Assembly: GCA_051747805.1 (NCBI GenBank)
Contig: JBNJGP010000080.1
Coordinates: forward strand, 1-12,041
Length of the DNA stretch: 12,041 bases
Direction of reading: 5' to 3'
Origin: Candidatus Muiribacteriota bacterium
GTDB taxonomy: Bacteria; Muiribacteriota; Muiribacteriia; Muiribacteriales; Muiribacteriaceae
The notes under the pieces were generated by a model. That model was given only the letters and a program-made list of their open reading frames with translations. It did not search any database and had not been told where the DNA came from. How positions within the stretch are numbered: position 1 is the stretch's first letter; every line of letters begins with the position of its first letter. Shown one piece after another: positions 6,178 through 12,041 of this stretch. The position numbers and the translations under genes are program-made.

Positions 6178-6781
6178 CCCTGTTTCTTGCAAGATTAGGA
6201 TTTATAGTTAAATCAGGAGCAAAAATCATATAAAAAGGAGGATCAAGCCTTTCAGAACTTCTTCTAATCTCAAAATGAAGATGAGCACCAAAAGAACGGC
6301 CGGTATTTCCAACAGTAGCAATCTGCTGACCAGCCCTGACAGTCTCACCAGACCTCACGTGCAGTTGATGACAATGCATATATACAGTTTCATCACCGTT
6401 ATTATGTTGAATAATAATCCAGTTACCAGCAGAACTAGAATATTGAGCAAGCTGCACTCTACCCGCGGCAGGCGAAACAATAGAATGACCCTGTGGTGCC
6501 GCAAGATCAATTCCATTATGCATTCTAGTACTTCCATTTAAAGTTCTCATTCCATATGGGGATGACATATATTTTCTCTGAGTAGGCCAAGAATATTTCC
6601 CGGATGTTGAGGAGGTTGAAGTAGTATCAGAAGCGGAAGTTGTGGTCGAAGAAGAACCAGAAGCATTTGAAGCTGATTGAACAGCCGAATTAGTCTGTGA
6701 AAGAGAGGCATCAGGCTGACAACCAGATAACACAAAAATAAAAATAAATAGAATAATACACAAATTTTTAAAATTCTTCAT
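6143..6781 (-). CDS. M23 family metallopeptidase lipoprotein
   Basis: Lipobox LSGC, Ser/Thr-rich linker, HNGID (HxxxD), YMHC, GNTGRSFGAHLHFEIR (HxH). ATG 6781 with AAGGGGG SD preferred over TTG 6787. Confidence 0.93.
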   Translation of the reverse strand: MKNFKNLCIILFIFIFVLSGCQPDASLSQTNSAVQSASNASGSSSTTTSASDTTSTSSTSGKYSWPTQRKYMSSPYGMRTLNGSTRMHNGIDLAAPQGHSIVSPAAGRVQLAQYSSSAGNWIIIQHNNGDETVYMHCHQLHVRSGETVRAGQQIATVGNTGRSFGAHLHFEIRRSSERLDPPFYMIFAPDLTINPNLARNRVSHYSQLGYDI

Positions 6782-6795
6782 AAACAACCCCCTTA

Positions 6796-8067
6796 TTATT
6801 TTCTACCCATTTCTTCATGATATTTAGCAAGCATTTCTGCCCATCCAGTACTACTGTAAAAGGAATTTCTTTCATATCTGTTTCTCATATTTTCAGAATA
6901 TGGATTAAATATAAAAGCTTGTCCAACAGTTTCGCCTCTGGCAGTACGATATTTAGGAAAGTTTATTGATACTCCACTGTAGGATGGTGTATATTCCGGA
7001 GAATTAGTGAAATAATCAAAAATAATAAAATCACCAGATTCAAGAAAATCAACAACTTTTTCACCCTGATTTACACCTATATTTTCAGAAATATTCTGCA
7101 TAAATTCTTTTAAATCTACAGAATAGTCCTGAGTATAATATCTAAAACTCTGTCTTACAGAATTATCAAGAGCATTGTAGTTTTTAATATTTTTAAGCTC
7201 CTCTGAAACTTCTGTAATAGAATTTTTAATTAAAGAAATATTCTTTTTAGAAATATCAAAAACCTGAATTCTTGAATCAACAACACCTTGATAGTTTTCG
7301 GAAACAACATCAGCACCTTCCAGGAACATATTTTTTATAGAATCAGTAGAGTTATCAAATAAAGATGAAATAAATCCGCTGTGCGGAAAACCACTCCAGC
7401 CAAGATTGCTTTCTAAACCCATAATTGAATCTATTCCAGCATTTGAAAGTTTGTCGGCAACAACAATATCGCAAACAAAGCCAGAATCAAAAACAATTCC
7501 ATCTATTTCATTACCTGTATTTTCAATATAACTTGCAACTGTTTTGGAAATAAAATTATTAACCTGAATACCACTCATATATTCAGCGCTGGTATTAACC
7601 CAGTCAAAATCATCAGTTGCACTACCTGAACCAGAAATAATCAGAATGTTTTTTGAGGCATTAAACTTATTAATACTGCTATTTAAAAAATTAATTATAT
7701 TAGACGAATTATCTTCTGCATCATCCTGTGAAAAATTATTTCTGTTCAAGTTACCGTTTGAGGCAAAGTAAATACCGGGTCTGACATTATGTTCATTATT
7801 TTCAACATTACCAATAGAAACTCTTAATGGTGGACCCGAACCCTGATATTCCCATCTGTATCCCTGCCATTGATCATAGGCATAAGAAATATTAAGTGAT
7901 TGAATTTCGCTTATATCTTTTAAGTAACTCAGCTGTTTAGATGCAAGTTCCGTATTTGTTGAATCACCCGTAAAATAAATCATTACAGCTATATCAACAT
8001 TTGATTCTTCTACAGCTGGAATAATTAAAAAAGAAAAAATTATTAACAACAAAGTAATTTTTTTCAT
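6796..8067 (-). CDS. Exported clostripain-like (peptidase C11) protein, catalytic His and Cys substituted
   Basis: Signal peptide; C11-like blocks VMIYFTGD, ILIISGSG, DGIVFDSG, SVDLKEF, SGVSINFP and F..STGWAEML in the expected order; GGGAGG SD. Confidence 0.72.
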   Translation of the reverse strand: MKKITLLLIIFSFLIIPAVEESNVDIAVMIYFTGDSTNTELASKQLSYLKDISEIQSLNISYAYDQWQGYRWEYQGSGPPLRVSIGNVENNEHNVRPGIYFASNGNLNRNNFSQDDAEDNSSNIINFLNSSINKFNASKNILIISGSGSATDDFDWVNTSAEYMSGIQVNNFISKTVASYIENTGNEIDGIVFDSGFVCDIVVADKLSNAGIDSIMGLESNLGWSGFPHSGFISSLFDNSTDSIKNMFLEGADVVSENYQGVVDSRIQVFDISKKNISLIKNSITEVSEELKNIKNYNALDNSVRQSFRYYTQDYSVDLKEFMQNISENIGVNQGEKVVDFLESGDFIIFDYFTNSPEYTPSYSGVSINFPKYRTARGETVGQAFIFNPYSENMRNRYERNSFYSSTGWAEMLAKYHEEMGRK

Positions 8068-8121
8068 AAAACCTCCCCGGTTATTTAAAACAAATAATAA
8101 TAATAAAATATTCCTATTTTA

Positions 8122-8151
8122 ATTATAGATGAATTTAAAGAATAAGCGCAA
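8122..8151 (-). promoter_or_regulatory. Putative sigma70 promoter for the clostripain-like/M23 pair
   Basis: Minus strand TTGCGC (8151-8146), 18-bp spacer, TATAAT (8127-8122). Confidence 0.5.
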
Positions 8152-8211
8152 TGATTAAGTTATATTAAATCTTATTAAATACGAACAGTTTACCCCGTAA
8201 AAAAATTAAGA

Positions 8212-10245
8212 TTATTCTACTCTATATGCTGGTAAGACTACTGGATAGTAGCTTCTGTCCAGTGGACGCTTTAAAACTTTAAGCTGAGATGAGGAGTTAT
8301 CGACTGTCCACCAGTTACCGTACACATCTTTTTGAACAATAATACCAATATGTCTTGCCCTGTCTCCGGCAGTTCTTGTCCAGAAAACTACATCACCTTT
8401 ATTATAGCGTTTATTTGAAATAATACGCCATCCCTGGTCGCTTAAATAATTCTGCATATAAGGACAATATAATTTCATTTTATTAATACCAACATCAGAC
8501 TGTATTAAAATTGCACTAACTACAGCAACACAGGCAAGCCTTCCATGAGCAGTATCAGAAGTATAAACTTTATGTCCATAAAGCGTTCCCGACTGTCCAA
8601 TAGCTCTGTTAGAGTAATGTGTAATTGTTTCAGCTTTTTCAGAAGGTTCACTTGAATCATCTGAATGAAACCATAAAAGACTTGAGGCAACATAGCCAAC
8701 TCTTCCGTCAGGAATTTCAATTTTAGACCACGAGTCTCTATCAATTACCTTAACATCTGTTCCATGCCTTAAAGTTTTAACAACTTTATAATTAGTGCTT
8801 GGTCCAGTTCGAACATTAGCAACATTCACATCAATAGTGGCAACTTCATATTCCTGCGAATCATCATCTGTATCATCTATTTCTTCAATCAAGGTTTCAT
8901 AAACATATCCCATATCATTGTCATCCATTTTAATTTTATACCATGTTGAAGTTTTTTGAAGTATCACAAAAGTTTCCCCGCGCCTTAAAACTGTAATCAC
9001 ATCATGATTAGTTCCAGCACCAGTTCTAATATTTGCAGCATTAACAATTATTTGGCCTATTCTTTCATCTGAAGGATCAGGTGAGGGTTGTGCCGGGTCA
9101 GATGGCTCAGTGTCATCATCTTCATCATCGTCTATAAATTCAATTAAATTATGATAAATAAAACCCATCTGTCTGTCAGACATAGTTATTCTGTACCAGT
9201 CCCCGGATTTATCTAATACGTTTACAATTTCACCACGCTGCAATGAAGTTACAATTCCGTGATTAGTTCCTGGACCAATACGAACATTGGCAGAAGAAAC
9301 ATTTATACGGGCAGAACCCAGTGTCTGAGTCTCATCCTCTTGAATATAAATAAGATTATGAAATATATATCCATATAATCCGTCGGGTGTTTCAATTTTA
9401 AACCACGAACCTGAATCATCAAAAACTTTTACCACTTCACCATAACTTACTTTATCAATAACTGGAAAATTAGAACCTTTACCACTTCTTATATTAGCAG
9501 TTGAAGCCTGAATTGTTCCAGTTAAAATATTATCAAACAAATTATCGCCGGTTGTCTGCCCGGTTTCTCTGATTAAAGTATTATATATAAATCCAATTTT
9601 ATTATCAGGTAATAAGATTTGATACCATGAACTTTCTTTATTTAAAATATGTACATCTGTACCTCTCATTAAAGTATTAATTACAGTATAGTTTGTGCTG
9701 GGGCCAGAACGAATATTTGCCGCTGAAGCTGTAATTCTTCCTTTATAAAAGACAAGGGAGTTCAACTGGGAATCTATAGGAGGTGTTCTTGTGTCTCTCT
9801 GTGATAATTCCTCATCGGGCTTTATTACTTCGTCCTCATCAACAAGCAATATTTCCTCACTGATTGTAATTAGAATTTCGGAAAGTTCTCTGTATAAAAC
9901 TTCTCTGTTTCTTTCGGTTCTATGATTATTATAATTTGAAAAAGATTTACCCATTTTGTTAAGTAATGAATCAAGATATTCCTTTCTCTCAGGATTTAAA
10001 GTTTCTGGATGTTTTTTGTTCATTTTCTGAATATACCAGAGCATTTCATAAACCGGGTCTTCTTCTTCATCCATCTCATCATCTGCCGATCTTCGGCGAA
10101 TAATTTCTCTTTTTTCCTCAAAAACCTGACCGGCACTTTTTTTTAAAATAGTTAATTTTTCATCTAATACTTCTGATTCTACCGCATATAAATTAAATGA
10201 TGTTATTAAAAAGATAAAAAGAATTAAATAAAAGATTTTTTTCAT
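8212..10245 (-). CDS. Exported protein with five SH3b domains and a C-terminal NlpC/P60-CHAP-like Cys-His domain (putative peptidoglycan hydrolase)
   Basis: Signal peptide MKKIFY..LYA; five AN(I/V)RxG(P/K/A)(S/G)(T/S)N..W..G(F/Y) repeats; C-terminal LACVAVVS..KGDVVFW..HIGI..DNSS. ATG 10245 follows a GGGGGAG SD; 677 aa. Confidence 0.85.
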   Translation of the reverse strand: MKKIFYLILFIFLITSFNLYAVESEVLDEKLTILKKSAGQVFEEKREIIRRRSADDEMDEEEDPVYEMLWYIQKMNKKHPETLNPERKEYLDSLLNKMGKSFSNYNNHRTERNREVLYRELSEILITISEEILLVDEDEVIKPDEELSQRDTRTPPIDSQLNSLVFYKGRITASAANIRSGPSTNYTVINTLMRGTDVHILNKESSWYQILLPDNKIGFIYNTLIRETGQTTGDNLFDNILTGTIQASTANIRSGKGSNFPVIDKVSYGEVVKVFDDSGSWFKIETPDGLYGYIFHNLIYIQEDETQTLGSARINVSSANVRIGPGTNHGIVTSLQRGEIVNVLDKSGDWYRITMSDRQMGFIYHNLIEFIDDDEDDDTEPSDPAQPSPDPSDERIGQIIVNAANIRTGAGTNHDVITVLRRGETFVILQKTSTWYKIKMDDNDMGYVYETLIEEIDDTDDDSQEYEVATIDVNVANVRTGPSTNYKVVKTLRHGTDVKVIDRDSWSKIEIPDGRVGYVASSLLWFHSDDSSEPSEKAETITHYSNRAIGQSGTLYGHKVYTSDTAHGRLACVAVVSAILIQSDVGINKMKLYCPYMQNYLSDQGWRIISNKRYNKGDVVFWTRTAGDRARHIGIIVQKDVYGNWWTVDNSSSQLKVLKRPLDRSYYPVVLPAYRVE

Positions 10246-10348
10246 AAAGATTACTCCCCCACTCAATACTGTTAAATTAATTAAATTCTTCTTTTATATT
10301 ATAATCTATATAAAATATAATTTCCACAATTATTTTTATTAAAATATG

Positions 10349-11116
10349 TTAAACTTTATTAATCTGCGTGCTTTTGCAAGCCTCAATAAAAAATATTTTA
10401 AAATCTGTTCCATACTTTAATAAATATTCACCTGAAAAATCCAGATTATGTAAAACAAAGCGTCTGCAGAGTAAATTATTAATATTATAAGCCTGATTCT
10501 TTAAGTCCTCCAGCCCATTAAAAAACCTGTTTGAACGTTCAAACATATCTTTTTTATCCTTACCACTGGCATAAACTTCGGGATTATCATAGTTTCTGAC
10601 TTTTAAATCGGTTGCCTCCATCAAATCCAGAGCCTCCTCAACATGATAATGATGTCTATGATATTTATTCTGAAAAGCATCGCAAATTTCCATAACAAAA
10701 AAATGTATATTTTTCATACTTAATTCTGAATTACTGTTATCAAAATCATGGTCAAGCAGAAAGAAAGTACCATCTTCTTCAAGTAATGATTCAATTGTCT
10801 GTAATTCCTTAACAGGATATTTGAAATGATGAAGCGTGAACAGAGTAATTATTAATTCAAAAGATAAATTTTTAAATAAAGATTCAAATTCAGGGCCATC
10901 TTTATCGATAAATTTAATATTTAAATTTTCATTATCAATTTTTTTTCCAAATAAAGAAAAATAGTCAACCCCGTAAAAATTTTTATCCGGATGTTCTCTT
11001 GCTAATTTTTTAAGTAATTCACCGCTTCCACAGCCAAAATCTAAAATATTGTGCAAATTTTTTTCTTTTATAATATTGCTTATTTTTTCAAAAATAAATT
11101 CATCTAAGTTTTTGAT
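10349..11116 (-). CDS. Class I SAM-dependent methyltransferase
   Basis: Motif I ILDFGCGSG, YGVD, LFTLHHF, LLEEDGTFFLLD. Frame stays open upstream of TTG 11056; the SD points to an in-frame ATC at 11116, so the start is uncertain. Confidence 0.85.
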   Translation of the reverse strand: MKNLDEFIFEKISNIIKEKNLHNILDFGCGSGELLKKLAREHPDKNFYGVDYFSLFGKKIDNENLNIKFIDKDGPEFESLFKNLSFELIITLFTLHHFKYPVKELQTIESLLEEDGTFFLLDHDFDNSNSELSMKNIHFFVMEICDAFQNKYHRHHYHVEEALDLMEATDLKVRNYDNPEVYASGKDKKDMFERSNRFFNGLEDLKNQAYNINNLLCRRFVLHNLDFSGEYLLKYGTDFKIFFIEACKSTQINKV

Positions 11117-11207
11117 AAATTCTCTCCTTACTATGTTTTAAAAACTTCTAAAAAAGATAAAGTTGCTTTGTTTGTTCAATTTTTCATAATTAAATTATAT
11201 CATAATT

Positions 11208-12041
11208 TTATAATAAATCATATTTAGTTAATAAATTCTGTAATTTTTTAATATCAATTGGTTTTGAAATAAAATCATCCATTCCCGATTCAAAGCATTC
11301 ATTAATCTGCTTTTTCATAACACCAGCACTAGTAGCAATAATTGGAGTTTTGTATCCTTCTTTTTTTTCAATTTTTCTAATTTTTTCTACAGTTTTATGT
11401 CCGCTTATACCAGGCATTTGAATATCCATGAAAATTATGCCGAATCTTTCTTTATTAACTCTGTTCAACGCCTCTTCCCCTGAATAGGTTTCAACTATAT
11501 TACAACCCTTTACATAATCTTTAATTCTATATTTCAAAAGGGCAAGATTATCTTTATCATCCTCTACAATCAGGATATTTTTTTTATTTGTATTGGATTT
11601 ATCAGTGTCTTTTTTAGACTTTTTATCATCCACGGTTTTCTTATTATGGCAAGAGTTTAAATCACTTAAAATATTAAAGAGCCTAGAGCTTACAACTGGT
11701 TTAACAATTTTAAAATTAACATTCAACTCTTCGCATTTATCTTTAATAAAAATCTCATCTGATGACGAGTGAAGAAAAATAATTGGCTGCTTTTTTATAT
11801 TAGAGTTATTTCTAATATTTTCAATTAACTCAAGACCATCAACATCTGGCATATGATAATCAATAATTAAAATATCATAATGTTTTTTTCCTGATTCAAG
11901 AGTTTTTAATGCATCATGGGCATTATCAAATAAATCTGTATTAATATTTTTAATTTTTAGTATTTCTTTAAGTATTCTTCGATTATTTTTATTATCATCT
12001 ACTACCATAATATTATTAAAATCAAGATTTATATCTGAACC
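11208..12041 (-). CDS. C-terminal part of a hybrid sensor histidine kinase or multi-receiver regulator (5' end outside window)
   Basis: Two receiver domains: VVDD..IDYHMP..KP and IVEDD..MDIQMP..GMDDFISKP; frame open to the window edge. Confidence 0.88.
   Translation of the reverse strand, partial: GSDINLDFNNIMVVDDNKNNRRILKEILKIKNINTDLFDNAHDALKTLESGKKHYDILIIDYHMPDVDGLELIENIRNNSNIKKQPIIFLHSSSDEIFIKDKCEELNVNFKIVKPVVSSRLFNILSDLNSCHNKKTVDDKKSKKDTDKSNTNKKNILIVEDDKDNLALLKYRIKDYVKGCNIVETYSGEEALNRVNKERFGIIFMDIQMPGISGHKTVEKIRKIEKKEGYKTPIIATSAGVMKKQINECFESGMDDFISKPIDIKKLQNLLTKYDLL

Noticed and set aside
6275..6735. Three short ORFs (6275-6541 +, 6355-6537 -, 6547-6735 -)
   Set aside because: All nested in the M23 gene in other frames; no protein-family signal.
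8520..8744. 74-aa alternative-frame ORF
   Set aside because: Lies within the SH3/amidase gene; no independent support.

Overview
AT-rich bacterial chromosomal window with 13 credible CDSs and no rRNA, tRNA, CRISPR array or transposase. Left half, stress and housekeeping genes: alkaline-phosphatase-superfamily metalloenzyme (+), lexA (-), cytoplasmic Hsp20 (-), HIT hydrolase (-), two convergent N-terminally membrane-anchored Hsp20-like proteins, a MazG-like pyrophosphohydrolase (-) and a DUF401-type membrane protein (+). Right half: three exported cell-envelope proteins on the minus strand (5x SH3b plus Cys-His amidase-like domain, a clostripain-like protein lacking both catalytic residues, an M23 lipoprotein), a SAM methyltransferase and the 3' end of a two-receiver hybrid kinase. 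Most notable: (1) two apparently extracytoplasmic small heat-shock proteins, with sigma54 -24/-12 promoters before both the cytoplasmic Hsp20 and one anchored paralog; (2) a 127-bp fully self-pairing MITE with 14-bp TIRs and a 9-bp target duplication, inserted between the HIT promoter and its RBS; (3) a catalytically dead C11 protease among peptidoglycan hydrolases; (4) a direct-repeat candidate LexA operator; (5) a methyltransferase whose best start codon is ATC. All family calls come from motif recognition by eye; no database search was run.
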